The notes beneath the pieces were generated by a model. It had not been told where the DNA came from, searched no databases, and worked only from the letters and a program-made list of their open reading frames with translations. Positions 9,489-20,363 of a stretch of 64,000 bases of DNA are shown piece by piece. Each line of letters begins with the position of its first letter. Positions within the stretch are counted from its first letter, which is position 1. Origin of the DNA: an uncultured Candidatus Binatia bacterium (GTDB lineage Bacteria > Desulfobacterota > Binatia > UBA9968 > JAJDTQ01); contig OZ251459.1 of the NCBI GenBank assembly GCA_965242525.1, positions 96,001-160,000 of the forward strand, in the 5' to 3' direction. A program made the position numbers and the translations under genes.

Positions 9489-10490
9489 ATGAACCGGAAA
9501 GCCCTGTTATCGAGTCTGGTCCTGGCGGTCGTCTTGCTGCCGGGCCTGAGCGCGTTCGCCCAGTGGAACATTTCCGTGGTGGGGTCGCCGTCCGGCGGCA
9601 CGCTCCAGGTGAAGGCGGAGGGGATCGGGGAAGCCCTGCGCCGGGCCATCCCCAATTCCAACGTCAGCGTCCCCACGTCCAGTCCCGGCGCGGGCCTGGC
9701 GCTCATCGGCACGGGCAAGGCGGAAGTGGCCGTGGGCGCCTCGGCGCGGATGGCGGTGAGCGCCCTGCGGGGCTTGGCGCCGTTCAAGAGGAAGTACGAT
9801 TTCAAGCTGCTGGCGTTCTGGGGCGCGGACCTCTTCATGTTCGTGGCCACGCCCAAGGCCGGCATCGAGACCTTCGGCGACTACGTGTCGGGCAAGTCCA
9901 AGGACGGCATCTCGGTGGGTCCTCCGGGAAGCGGCTCCTACCAGGTCTTCTCCGACGTGGCCAAGGTGCACGGCACCAACTTCAAGGAGATGGAAGCCTG
10001 GGGCGCGAAGATCCACTACCAGTACTCGGCGCCCTCCCTGGAGCTGCTCCAGGACGGCCAGATCGAGGGACTGGGGGGCCTGTGGGGGCAACCGAGCGCC
10101 CGGATCGTCGATCTTACCAACAACCGCGAGATGGTCTGGGTGGGCCTGGACAAGGACGCCATCGACAACCTCGGCGCGGAGTTCGGTTATGAGTACGTGA
10201 AGCTCGACAACCCCGGGGACTTCGGCTACGGCTACAAGTTCGTCAACAAGGAGCCCCTGCATACGGTGCGCATGGCCGACATCATCACCATCCGCTCGGA
10301 CCTGCCGGTGGACCAGGCTTACACCATCACCAAGGCCGTCTTCGGCAGCAACGATTACCTGGTGAACGTGCACCAGTCCTTCAAGGCGCTTACCGCGGCC
10401 AACACCATCGCCCTGGACCAGGCGTCGGGCGAGTTGGACCTGCACGAAGGCACCAAGAAGTATTTCCGCGAAGTGGGCGCAATGAAGTAG
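9489..10490 (+). CDS. TAXI-family TRAP solute-binding protein
   Basis: Signal peptide, GSPSGGT, SVGPPGSGS, C-terminal LHEGTKKYFREVG (LHPGA..YY.E-like). Confidence 0.88.
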   Translation: MNRKALLSSLVLAVVLLPGLSAFAQWNISVVGSPSGGTLQVKAEGIGEALRRAIPNSNVSVPTSSPGAGLALIGTGKAEVAVGASARMAVSALRGLAPFKRKYDFKLLAFWGADLFMFVATPKAGIETFGDYVSGKSKDGISVGPPGSGSYQVFSDVAKVHGTNFKEMEAWGAKIHYQYSAPSLELLQDGQIEGLGGLWGQPSARIVDLTNNREMVWVGLDKDAIDNLGAEFGYEYVKLDNPGDFGYGYKFVNKEPLHTVRMADIITIRSDLPVDQAYTITKAVFGSNDYLVNVHQSFKALTAANTIALDQASGELDLHEGTKKYFREVGAMK

Positions 10491-10502
10491 CGGCGCATGG
10501 CG

Positions 10503-10533
10503 GCGGACGCGGGGTCTCCTTTCCCGCGTCCGC
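10503..10533 (+). terminator. GC-rich stem-loop after the TAXI gene (terminator or mRNA-stabilising hairpin)
   Basis: GCGGACGCGGG...CCCGCGTCCGC 11-bp stem with no U-tract. Confidence 0.45.
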
Positions 10534-10603
10534 TCCAGGCTCGCGGTCGCGCTGCCGGCGCCCCCGCGCGGCGTGACCGCGAGGCCCCGTTCCCGTTCAG
10601 CCC

Positions 10604-12544
10604 ATGTCCTTCCTGACCACCCTGGGCCGGGTGTACGCCGAGTACGCCGAAGGCGGCCGCCGGCAGTTCACCGGCGTTGCCCGCAAGCTCGTCACCGGCT
10701 TCGCCATCCTGTACTCCTGCTACCACCTCTACGTCTTCCTCATCGGCGTCGGCAAGCTCAACGTGTTCCAGCACCGGGCGACGCACCTGCTGTGGCTGCT
10801 GGCCTTCTCCTTCATCGTGTATGCGCCGGGCGCCGGGAAGGGGCGGGTGGGGGCATGGGACTGGTTCCTGGCCGGCCTGTGCATCGCCATCTGGGGCTAC
10901 ATGATGCTCCACCTGGAGCGCATCACCCTGTGGCTCAGCCTCATCGACGAACCGCCGGTGCTGGACCTGGTCTTCGGCAGCCTGCTCATCCTGCTGGTGC
11001 TGGAAGGGGTGCGGCGGGTGTCGCGGATGCCGCTGGTGTTCGTCACCGTGGCCTTCCTGCTCTACATGTTCCACGGCAACCTCCTGGGCGGGATCTGGTG
11101 GCACTCGGGCATGACTTTCGACCGGGTCATCGACGTTCTGTTCCTCAGCCCCGAGGGCATGTGGGGCTCGCTGATGAACATCTCGGCCACCTACATCATC
11201 CTGTTCGTGCTCTTCGGCCAGTTGCTGCTGCACTGCGGCGGCGCCGCGTTCTTCGTGGACCTGGCCGACGCGGTGGCCGGGCGCGCCCGGGGCGGGCCGG
11301 CCAAGGTGGCGGTGGTGGGGAGCGGCCTGTTCGGCACCATCTCCGGCAGCCAGATCGCCAACGTCGCCACCAGCGGCTCCTTCACCATCCCGATGATGAA
11401 GCGCGTGGGGTTCCGGCCCCAGTTCGCCGGCGCGGTGGAGTTGTCCGCCTCCATGGGCGGGATGTTCATGCCCCCGGTGATGGCCTCCACCGTGTTCCTG
11501 ATGAGCGACATCAGCGGCATCCCCTACGTGGAGATCATCGTGGCGGCGTTCATACCCGCCTGCCTCTACTTCTTCACGGTCTTCTGGCAGGTGCACATGG
11601 AGAGCGTGAAGATGGGCATCACCTCTCCCACCGAGGGCCGGCGCACGGCCTGGAACGTGCTCAAGGAGGACGGCCACTTCATCGCGCCGCTGGTGGTCAT
11701 CGTCTGGGTCCTGCTGGAGGGCTATACGCCCATCCGGGCCGCGCTGGTGGCCATCGCCACGTTGCTGGTGGTGACGGCGCTGCGGAAGAAGGGCCGCAAG
11801 GACCTGGTCCGGAACGTGCTGAAGGGGCTGGAGACCGGGGCCACCACCTCCATCATCGTGGCGTTGCCCATCGCCGCGGGCGCCATCATGGTCACCGCCA
11901 TCTCGGCCACCGGCCTCGGCGGCAAGTTCGGCTCCATGGTGATGCTCTTCTCCGGCGGCTACCTGTTCCCGGCCCTGGTCATCGCCATGATCGCCTCCCT
12001 GGTGCTGGGAGCGCCGCTGTCGGTGGCCGCCACCTACATCCTCACGGCCATCATGATCGTGCCCGTCACCGTGCAACTGGGCGTGGCGCCGCTGGCCGCG
12101 CACCTGTTCGCGGTCTATTTCGCGGTCATCGCGCCCATGTCCCCGCCCGCGGGCCCGGCCATGTTTCTGGCCGGCGGGCTGGCCGGAGCCAACCCCATGG
12201 TGGTGGGGCTCCTCGGCATACGTCTCGCCATCGGCGCGTTCGTGCTGCCGTTCCTGTTCGTTTTCAATTCCGGCCTGCTGATGGCCGGCGGCATCCTCGA
12301 CATCCTGTCCTCCACCGCGGTGGCCGCGCTTGCGTTGTTCGCCCTGGCCGCGGGCTTCGAGGGCTGGATCGCCAAGGCGACCGCGGCGTGGGAGCGCATC
12401 CTCCTGGTGGCGGGAGGTTTCCTCATGATCTTTCCGGGTCCGTGGACCCTGGGGGTCGGCGCCGCCGCGGTGGTGGCGGCCATCCTGGCGCACCTGGTGA
12501 GGACCCGGGCCGGAAGCCGCGAGTCCGGCGCCGCGCCGGCGTGA
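10604..12544 (+). CDS. TRAP transporter 4TM/12TM fused permease
   Basis: GGPAKVAVVGSGLFGTISGS..ANV..SGSFTIPMMK, AS.GG..MPPVM, SPP motifs. Confidence 0.93.
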   Translation: MSFLTTLGRVYAEYAEGGRRQFTGVARKLVTGFAILYSCYHLYVFLIGVGKLNVFQHRATHLLWLLAFSFIVYAPGAGKGRVGAWDWFLAGLCIAIWGYMMLHLERITLWLSLIDEPPVLDLVFGSLLILLVLEGVRRVSRMPLVFVTVAFLLYMFHGNLLGGIWWHSGMTFDRVIDVLFLSPEGMWGSLMNISATYIILFVLFGQLLLHCGGAAFFVDLADAVAGRARGGPAKVAVVGSGLFGTISGSQIANVATSGSFTIPMMKRVGFRPQFAGAVELSASMGGMFMPPVMASTVFLMSDISGIPYVEIIVAAFIPACLYFFTVFWQVHMESVKMGITSPTEGRRTAWNVLKEDGHFIAPLVVIVWVLLEGYTPIRAALVAIATLLVVTALRKKGRKDLVRNVLKGLETGATTSIIVALPIAAGAIMVTAISATGLGGKFGSMVMLFSGGYLFPALVIAMIASLVLGAPLSVAATYILTAIMIVPVTVQLGVAPLAAHLFAVYFAVIAPMSPPAGPAMFLAGGLAGANPMVVGLLGIRLAIGAFVLPFLFVFNSGLLMAGGILDILSSTAVAALALFALAAGFEGWIAKATAAWERILLVAGGFLMIFPGPWTLGVGAAAVVAAILAHLVRTRAGSRESGAAPA

Positions 12545-12557
12545 AAGGACCCTGACA

Positions 12558-12932
12558 GTGCCGCAGGAAAAGATCTCCAACGTGTCCATGCCCGTCCGGG
12601 ACCAGCAGGCCGCCAAGGCCTTCTACATGGAGAAGCTGGGCTTCGATCTCGTCGTCGAGGAGGAGATGCCCGACATGAGCGACAAGTGGATCCAGCTCAA
12701 GCCCTCCGCCGGCGACGCGACCGTCTCGCTGGTCACCTGGATGCCGTCCATGGCCCCGGGGTCCCTGGACGGCGTGGTGCTGGGCACCGACGACATCGAG
12801 TCGAGCCGGGCCCGGTTCCTGGAGCGCGGGGTGGAGGTCTCCGAGGTCACGGACGAGCACTGGGGCCGCTGGGCGACTTTCCGGGACGTGGACGGCAACG
12901 GCTGGGTGCTGGTGCAGTCGGCCTACGCATAG
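12558..12932 (+). CDS. VOC/glyoxalase-family protein
   Basis: VRDQQAAKAFY..KLGF and WGRWATFRD.DGN. Confidence 0.9.
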   Translation: MPQEKISNVSMPVRDQQAAKAFYMEKLGFDLVVEEEMPDMSDKWIQLKPSAGDATVSLVTWMPSMAPGSLDGVVLGTDDIESSRARFLERGVEVSEVTDEHWGRWATFRDVDGNGWVLVQSAYA

Positions 12933-12973
12933 GCGGCGCGTCCGTCCGCCCCCTTGGCGCGAACACGTCGAAA

Positions 12974-13082
12974 GGGAACCCCGAACGATTGCGCCGTTGG
13001 TCCTGAGCGTAGCGAAGCGAAGTCGAAGGACGCGCTTTCCCATGGGAAGAGACGCCTCGAGCCGGAATTGATCAGAGGTTCC
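12974..13082. mobile_element. MITE-like element, subtype A, containing the REP core
   Basis: Imperfect terminal inverted repeats GGAACCCCGAACGATT / AATTGATCAGAGGTTCC around the core. Homologous to 25398 and 47864. Confidence 0.7.
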
Positions 13083-13172
13083 GAAAGCGGGACGGTGGCG
13101 CGAGTGGAACGAGAACGGAACGAGGCCGAAGTCTCCGCGGGCTCCTCCCCCGGACTGCACGCCGCGCCGTGG

Positions 13173-13784
13173 ATGAGGGCGTTGGGGGCGGCGGCCCTCC
13201 TGCTGCTGGCCTCGGCGTGCAGCGTCCCTCCGCCGGAACGCCAGAGCGACGTCTGCCAGGTCTTCGAGCAGTACCCCGACTGGTACGACTACGCCCTCGC
13301 CTCCCAGCGCACGTGGGGGACGCCGGTGCACGTCCTCATGGCCTTCGTGCGCCACGAGTCGAGCTTCCGCAGCCACGCCAAGCCGCCCATGCGCTGGCTC
13401 CTGTTCATCCCCCTGGGGCGCCCGTCGTCCGCCAAGGGTTACGCCCAGGCCCAGGACCCGGTGTGGAGCGAGTACGAGGCGGAGCGGGGAAGCCTCTTCC
13501 GCAGCCGTTCGGACATGGAAGACGCCCTGGACTTCATCGGCTGGTACAACCACAAGACATGGCGCGAGCTCGGCATCTCCCGGGACGACGCCGAGCGGCT
13601 CTACCTCGCCTACCACGAGGGGCGCGGCGGCTATCGACGCGGCACCTGGAAGAAGAAGCCGCAGGTGCAGAGCGTCGCCAAGCGCGTGGGCCGGACCGCC
13701 GGCCACTACCGCTCCCAGCTCGCCCGGTGCGAGTCCCGTTTCCGTTGCGACTCCTGGTACCAGGTGTGGCCGTTCTGCCGCTGA
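13173..13784 (+). CDS. SLT-like lytic transglycosylase lipoprotein
   Basis: Lipobox LASAC, HESSF (catalytic Glu), SSAKGYAQA, LYLAYHEG. The longer ORF start lies in or before the repeat and is not used. Confidence 0.82.
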   Translation: MRALGAAALLLLASACSVPPPERQSDVCQVFEQYPDWYDYALASQRTWGTPVHVLMAFVRHESSFRSHAKPPMRWLLFIPLGRPSSAKGYAQAQDPVWSEYEAERGSLFRSRSDMEDALDFIGWYNHKTWRELGISRDDAERLYLAYHEGRGGYRRGTWKKKPQVQSVAKRVGRTAGHYRSQLARCESRFRCDSWYQVWPFCR

Positions 13785-13886
13785 CCGTCCCGCACGGCTC
13801 CGAATCCACCGCGGCGTTCCCTGCCGAGCTTCGTTGCCTGCCCGGTTTCCGGTAGTCCGCGCGTTGCGGTCCCACGACGACGCCGA

Positions 13887-15620
13887 ATGCTCAGCAAGCT
13901 GCTCATACGGAACTTCAAGCGCTTCGACGAGGTCGAGATCGAGCTCGGAAGTCCGGTGGTGTTCATCGGTCCCAACAACTCGGGCAAGACGTCGGCCATG
14001 CAGGCGCTGGCCCTCTGGGACGTCGGCCTGAAGCGCTGGAACGAGAAGCGGTACGGAAAGACGGCGCCCGGGAGGCGCCCGGGGGTGACCGTCAGCCGCC
14101 GAGACCTCGTTGCGATTCCGGTTCCCGGCGCCAACCTGCTATGGCGCGGCCTGCACGTGCGCGACGTGTCCAGGGTCGAGGGACGGCAGCGCACCGGCAA
14201 CGTCCGCATCGATATCGTCGTCGAGGGAATGAACAACGGCCGACCCTGGACCTGTGGGCTGGAGTTCGACTACGCCAACGACGAGTCCTTCTATTGCCGA
14301 CCGCTGCGCCGGTCCGACGGCAAGGCTCCGGACCGCATGCCGGTTCCGCCCGAGGCGGGACTCGCACGAATCGCCTTCCTGCCGCCCATGTCAGGACTTG
14401 CGGCCACGGAGACCCGTCTCGACCACGGCGCGGTGGACGTCCGAATCGGGGAGGGACGGACCGCCGAGGTGCTGCGCAACCTCTGCTTCCGGGTGCACGA
14501 AGAAAAGCCGTCGGACTGGCGGCAGTTGACGGAACAGGTTCGGAGCCTGTTCGGGACCGAGGTGGATCCGCCGCGCTACGTTGCCGAACGCGGCGAGATC
14601 GTGATGAGTTACCGGGAGCACGGGACCAGGCTCGACCTGTCTTCCGCCGGTCGAGGGTTGCAGCAGACGCTGCTCCTCCTGGCCTACATGTACGCCAACC
14701 CCGGCGCCGTCCTGCTCCTGGACGAACCGGACGCGCACCTGGAGATCCTGCGCCAGCGCCAGACCTACCGCCTGTTGACCGAGGTTGCGCACGAGAGCGG
14801 CAGCCAGATCATCGCCGCAAGCCACTCCGAAGTGCTGCTCAACGAGGCCGCGGGCCGGGATTTGGTGGTGGCGTTCATGGGTCGGGCGCACCGCGTTGAC
14901 GACCGCGGCAACCAGGTCCTGAAGGCGCTCCGAGAGATCGGTTTCGACCAGTACTACCAGGCGGAGCAGACCGGATGGGTGCTTTACCTGGAGGGATCGA
15001 CGGACCTGTCGGTCCTCCATGCCTTCGCCCGACGCCTCGGGCACGAACGGGCCTTGCGGGCGCTCGGGATGCCGTTCGTGAAATATGTCGGAAACGACGC
15101 CAGCGCCGTTCGGAACCATTACCATGGGCTGCGCGAAGCCGTGCCTGCGCTGCGGGGAGTCGTGCTGTTCGACCGCTTTCCGTCGGGTCCGCCGGACATG
15201 GCGCCGGTGGAATGCCTCATGTGGAAGCGTCGAGAGATCGAGAACTACCTTTGTTCCCGGTCCACGCTGGAAGCGTACGCAAGGAGTTCGGGGAAGGAGG
15301 CCGCTCCCGGCCCGCTGTTCGCACCCGGTGAAGCCCGCGAGCGTGTGGACTCCATGCGCCAAGCCATCGACGAGGTAGAGTCCGCCCTCGGCACCCTGGG
15401 CAAGGGGTCTCCCTGGGACGGCGATGTCAAGGCCAGCGATGAGTTTCTGGAGCCTCTCTTCGAGGCCTATTTCAAGAAGCTCGGGCTGCCGAACCTCATG
15501 GCGAAGAAGAACTGCCACGAGTTGGTGGAGCACGTTCCCGACGGCGAAATCGATCCCGAAATCGGCGAGAAGCTGGACGCCATCGCGCGGGTGGCCGAGA
15601 GCGCCGAGGGGGGATCGTAG
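13887..15620 (+). CDS. ABC-type (AAA_15/AAA_21) ATPase fused to a TOPRIM-like nuclease domain (OLD/PARIS-like)
   Basis: IRNFKRF, Walker A GPNNSGKTS, signature-like LSSAGRG, Walker B LLLDEPDAHL, ASHS, then YLEGSTD...FDR...REIENYL. Confidence 0.8.
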   Translation: MLSKLLIRNFKRFDEVEIELGSPVVFIGPNNSGKTSAMQALALWDVGLKRWNEKRYGKTAPGRRPGVTVSRRDLVAIPVPGANLLWRGLHVRDVSRVEGRQRTGNVRIDIVVEGMNNGRPWTCGLEFDYANDESFYCRPLRRSDGKAPDRMPVPPEAGLARIAFLPPMSGLAATETRLDHGAVDVRIGEGRTAEVLRNLCFRVHEEKPSDWRQLTEQVRSLFGTEVDPPRYVAERGEIVMSYREHGTRLDLSSAGRGLQQTLLLLAYMYANPGAVLLLDEPDAHLEILRQRQTYRLLTEVAHESGSQIIAASHSEVLLNEAAGRDLVVAFMGRAHRVDDRGNQVLKALREIGFDQYYQAEQTGWVLYLEGSTDLSVLHAFARRLGHERALRALGMPFVKYVGNDASAVRNHYHGLREAVPALRGVVLFDRFPSGPPDMAPVECLMWKRREIENYLCSRSTLEAYARSSGKEAAPGPLFAPGEARERVDSMRQAIDEVESALGTLGKGSPWDGDVKASDEFLEPLFEAYFKKLGLPNLMAKKNCHELVEHVPDGEIDPEIGEKLDAIARVAESAEGGS

Positions 15621-15659
15621 AGGTCCCTGCCGCTTCGCCGGTAGCGTGGGAAGCCCCCG

Positions 15660-16550
15660 ATGTCGGAGCTCACGGACGCGGCCGCGGGCCTGTTCTACCG
15701 CTTTGCCGCAAGCGGCGCGTTGCCCGCTTCGTGGTTTCGCAGCGTCGATCCCGGCAGCGTGGCGAGGGCTAGACGCACCGGGAGGCTTCGCCTGGAGATC
15801 GTGAGCCACTGCTGGCGGTACGGGCATTTCCTGACCTACCAGCTCAGCTCCCTCGTCAACCACCGCACCGACCGGCTCCACGTCACCATGACCGTCTATC
15901 ACGCGCCGGAGGACGAACCGGTCCGGCGCGTGCTGCGGTTCTTCGAGGGCATCCGCGTGCCGGGGGTTTCGTGGCGCTGGCGCGCCCTTCCCAGGGAGAG
16001 CCTCTTCCGCCGCAGCATCGGCCGCAACTTGGCCGCCCGCTCCACCCGCGCCGACTGGATCTGGTTCACGGACGCGGACGTCGTGTTCCACGACGGCTGC
16101 CTCGCCGCGCTGGCGGACCTGTTGCAGGGCAGGGACGACGCCCTGGTCCATCCCCGGACGCCTCTGGGCACTCCGCTGTTGCCGGAAGACCACGAGTTGC
16201 TGCGGCAGGGCAGGGCCGGGCCCGCGGTGCGCGACGTACCGCGGGAGGAGTTCCGCCCTTTCGGCGGCAACCACGACCGGGCCAAGGGACCCTACCAGAT
16301 CACCCACGGCGACATGGCCCGGGCCATCGGTTACTGCGAGTCCATCGGCCTCTACCAGCGGCCCGCCCCCCGGTTTCGCAAGTGTTACGAGGACCGCGCG
16401 TTCCGTTGGCTCCTGGGCACGGACGGCGCCGCCCTCGACATCCCCGGGGTGTGCCAGATCCGCCACGCGGCCAAGGGACGGTACCGCGAGGGTTCGGCCG
16501 CGGGCAGGCTCCGCTCCTTCATGCGAAAGAGCCGGGACCCGCGAACCTGA
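15660..16550 (+). CDS. GT-A fold (family 2-like) glycosyltransferase
   Basis: RSIGRNLAA, DWIWFTDADVVF (DxD), YED motif. Confidence 0.78.
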   Translation: MSELTDAAAGLFYRFAASGALPASWFRSVDPGSVARARRTGRLRLEIVSHCWRYGHFLTYQLSSLVNHRTDRLHVTMTVYHAPEDEPVRRVLRFFEGIRVPGVSWRWRALPRESLFRRSIGRNLAARSTRADWIWFTDADVVFHDGCLAALADLLQGRDDALVHPRTPLGTPLLPEDHELLRQGRAGPAVRDVPREEFRPFGGNHDRAKGPYQITHGDMARAIGYCESIGLYQRPAPRFRKCYEDRAFRWLLGTDGAALDIPGVCQIRHAAKGRYREGSAAGRLRSFMRKSRDPRT

Positions 16551-16624
16551 AACTCCGCCACCTCGGGGCGCTTCAGCTTTCGAGCGGGTAAGGCAGGAGG
16601 GAAAGGCGTACGACAGGGACCAGG

Positions 16625-16772
16625 CCGTCATTCCCGCGAAAGCGGGAATCCACTATGCCACCTGCCCGATTGTCCAGAGTCTCCTGTCCAATCTACAGGG
16701 CGCCAGGGGGTTTGCTCGCAAGGATGGAAACACAAGGGGTTTTCTGGATTCCCGCTTTCGCGGGAATGACGG
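16625..16772. repeat. Second REP family: pair of perfect 28-bp inverted repeats
   Basis: CCGTCATTCCCGCGAAAGCGGGAATCCA at 16625-16652 and its reverse complement at 16745-16772, between convergent genes. Confidence 0.9.
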
Positions 16773-16861
16773 GGGTGGGGCGTCTGCGGGAATGACAGGG
16801 TAGGTTTTCGCGGGAGTGACGGAGTAGGCGTCTGCGGGAGTGACGGAGTGGGTGTCTGCGG
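16760..16861. repeat. 4 x 24-26-nt decaying tandem repeat of the REP end
   Basis: GCGGGA(A/G)TGAC units start at 16760, 16786, 16810 and 16834, with a stub at 16858. Confidence 0.85.
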
Positions 16862-16926
16862 CGCCTGCCTTCCGGCTTGTTGCCCGGGTTGGCGGCCTGG
16901 TCGCGGGACCGGGCGCGCGCGGCCTT

Positions 16927-17639
16927 TCAGACGCCCAGGTAGCGGCGCCTTACGTCACCGGCCGCGGCCAGGGCCGCGGAGTCGCCGGTCCAGGTGATGC
17001 GGCCCTTCTCCATGATGTAGTGGCGGTCGGCGAGCTGCATCAGGGCGCCGTGGTTGCTGTCGATGAGCAGGATGGCCTGCCCGACGGCCTTGAGCCGGTC
17101 CAGACAGCGCCAGATCTCGGCGCACACGAGCGGGGCCAAGCCCTCGGTGGCCTCGTCCAGCAGGATGAGCCTCGCGTTGGTCATGAGCGCCCGACCGATG
17201 GCGAGCATCTGTTGCTCGCCTCCGGAAAGGGCGGAGCCCATGAAGTTCGTGCGGGACTCCAGCGCGGGGAACATGTCGTACACCCGTTCCAGGGTCCAGG
17301 GCTCTCCCCCCGCGCCCTCCGGACCGGCCCCGCGCCCCGCGGCCACCAGCAGGTTCTCCCGCACCGTGAGGTTGGGAAAGACCTGCCGCCCCTCCGGCAC
17401 CAGCCCGATGCCGGCCCGCGCCACCGCATGGCTCGGCCAGCCCCGTATGTCCACGCCCCGGAACCGGATGGTCCCTGCCCGGGGCCGCGCCAGTCCCATG
17501 ATGGACCTCACCGTGGTGGTCTTGCCCATGCCGTTCCGGCCCATGAGGGTCACCATCTCGCCGGCGTCCACCCGCAGCGCCACGTCGAAGAGGATCTGGC
17601 TGGAACCGTAGAAGGTCCGCACTCCGTCGAGCTCCAGCA

Positions 17640-17640
<1 letters not shown>
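16927..17640 (-). CDS. livF: Liv-type ABC transporter ATP-binding protein
   Basis: GRNGMGKTT, LSGGEQQMLAIGRAL, LLDEATEGLAP. Confidence 0.9.
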
Positions 17641-18381
<741 letters not shown>

Positions 18382-18389
<8 letters not shown>

Positions 18390-19365
18390 CGGAGTCCCTC
18401 CCGGACCGGAGCCAGCCCCAGACGCCGTAGCGGGCGAACAGCACCACGAGGACCAGCATGGGTCCCAGGACCACCATCCAGTGCTCCATGTAGGCGGACA
18501 GCGCCTCTTCCAGGAGGAGCAGCGCGGCCGCGCCCACCACCGGACCCATCAGCGTCCCCATGCCCCCCAGGATTACCATGACCATGATCTCCCCGGAGAC
18601 GGTCCAGTGCATCAGCCCGGGGCTGACGAAGCCCATGTAGTTGGCCATCAGCGCGCCGGCGAGGCCGGCCACGGCCCCGGCCACGACGAAGCCCGCGAGC
18701 TTGTAGCGATAGACCGGGAACCCCAGGGCCTGCATGCGCTGCTCGTTCTCCTTGCAGCCCTGCAGCACCATCCCGAAGCGGGAGTGGACCAGCCGCCGGC
18801 CGAGCAGCAGGAAGACCGCCAACGCGGCCAGGCAGACGTAGTAGAAGACCGTTTCGTTTTCCAGGTCGAGTCCCGGAACGCGGTTCCGCCGCCCGATGCC
18901 CAGGCCGTCGTCGCCGCCGTACACTTCCAGGGAAACGAAGAAGTAGTAGAGCATCTGCGCGAACGCCAGCGTGATCATGATGAAGTACATGCCGCTGGTG
19001 CGCAGGCTGACGGCGCCCACCAGGAGGGCCAGGACGGCCGCGGCCGCCGCGGCCAGGGGCCAGGCCGTCAGGGCGCTCTCCAGGCCGGCGAGGGAGGACC
19101 ACCCGGCCGGGGAGCCGCCGTCCGCGGCGTGGAACGAGAGGATGCCCACCACGTAGGCGCCCGCGCCGAAGTACGCCGAGTGGCCGAAGCTCACCATCCC
19201 GCCGAAGCCCAGGATGAGGTCGAGGCTCACCGCGGCCAGCGCGTAGATGAAGATCCGGGTGAAGAGGCCGATGAGGAACGACTCGTCCAGCGCCGCGGCC
19301 GCGGGGGGCAGGGCGGCCAGGGCCGCCGCGCCCGCAGCCGTGAGCACCGCCCTCGGGTCAGCCAT
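18382..19365 (-). CDS. livM: Liv-type ABC transporter permease
   Basis: GMVSFGHSAYFG, YFIMITLAFAQ, ILGGMGTL.GP. Confidence 0.9.
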
Positions 19366-20278
19366 GGGCCGGGAGGAGTCCCCTCGGGCGCCACACCAGG
19401 ACGGCCGCCATGAGGATGTAGATGGACATGGACGCGAGGGAGGCGCTGACGCCGTTGGCGGTGGCGGGGTCGAGGAAGAGGCCGAAGGAGACCGGCAGGA
19501 AGGCCCGGCCCATGGTGTCGATGAACCCCACCAGGACGGCTCCCAGGAGCGCCCCGCGCACGGAGCCGATGCCCCCGATGACGATCACCACGAAGGTCAG
19601 GATCAGGATGTTCTCGCCCATCCCCACCTCCACCGACCACACCGGCCCGGCCATGGCGCCGGCGAGCCCGGCCAGCAGCGCGCCCAACCCGAACACCAGA
19701 GTGTGGAGCATGGGGACGTTGACGCCCAGGGCGCCGATGATCTCGCGGTTGCTGGCCGCGGCGCGGATCATCATGCCCGTGCGGGTGCGCACGATGAGCC
19801 CGTAGAGCAGCAGCGCTACCAGGATGCCCACCGCGATGATGGCCAGGCGGTACACCGGGTAGTCCACGCCCGGAAGGATCCGGACCGCTCCCGACAGGGC
19901 CTCCGGCACGTCCAGGAACAGCGCGCGAGGACCCCAGACGATCTTGGTCAGCCCGTTGAAGAACAGGATGAGGCCGAACGTGGCCAGCACCTGGTCCAGG
20001 TGGTCCCGGGCGTAGAGGGTGCGCAGGGCCGCCACCTCCACGGCCACGCCCACCAGCGCCGCGGCGCAGAGCGTCGCCCCCAGGGCCAGCAGGAACGATC
20101 CCGTGAGCTGATAGACCGTGGCGCACACGTACGCGCCGACCATGTACAGCGAGCCGTGGGCCAGGTTGATCATCCCCATGATGCCGAACACCAGGGTCAG
20201 CCCGGCCGCCATGAGGAACAGCATCACCCCCAGTTGCAGGCCGTTGAGCGCCTGCTCGAGCACCATCAGGGCAGACAT
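19358..20278 (-). CDS. livH: Liv-type ABC transporter permease
   Basis: GLTLVFGIMGMINLAHG, VIGGIGS..GA, RPRGL. Confidence 0.9.
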   Translation of the reverse strand: MSALMVLEQALNGLQLGVMLFLMAAGLTLVFGIMGMINLAHGSLYMVGAYVCATVYQLTGSFLLALGATLCAAALVGVAVEVAALRTLYARDHLDQVLATFGLILFFNGLTKIVWGPRALFLDVPEALSGAVRILPGVDYPVYRLAIIAVGILVALLLYGLIVRTRTGMMIRAAASNREIIGALGVNVPMLHTLVFGLGALLAGLAGAMAGPVWSVEVGMGENILILTFVVIVIGGIGSVRGALLGAVLVGFIDTMGRAFLPVSFGLFLDPATANGVSASLASMSIYILMAAVLVWRPRGLLPAHG

Positions 20279-20363
20279 GGGACGTGCGCGCGAGCCGGGC
20301 GTCCCGCCTCACCCGGCCGGGAGGCCGTTCCCGTGGGGCGGGACGCCCGGGCAACGGGGGACG

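Noticed and set aside
12954-13172. Long N-terminal extension of the SLT protein
   Set aside because: It runs through the MITE, and the lipoprotein signal peptide starts at about 13173.
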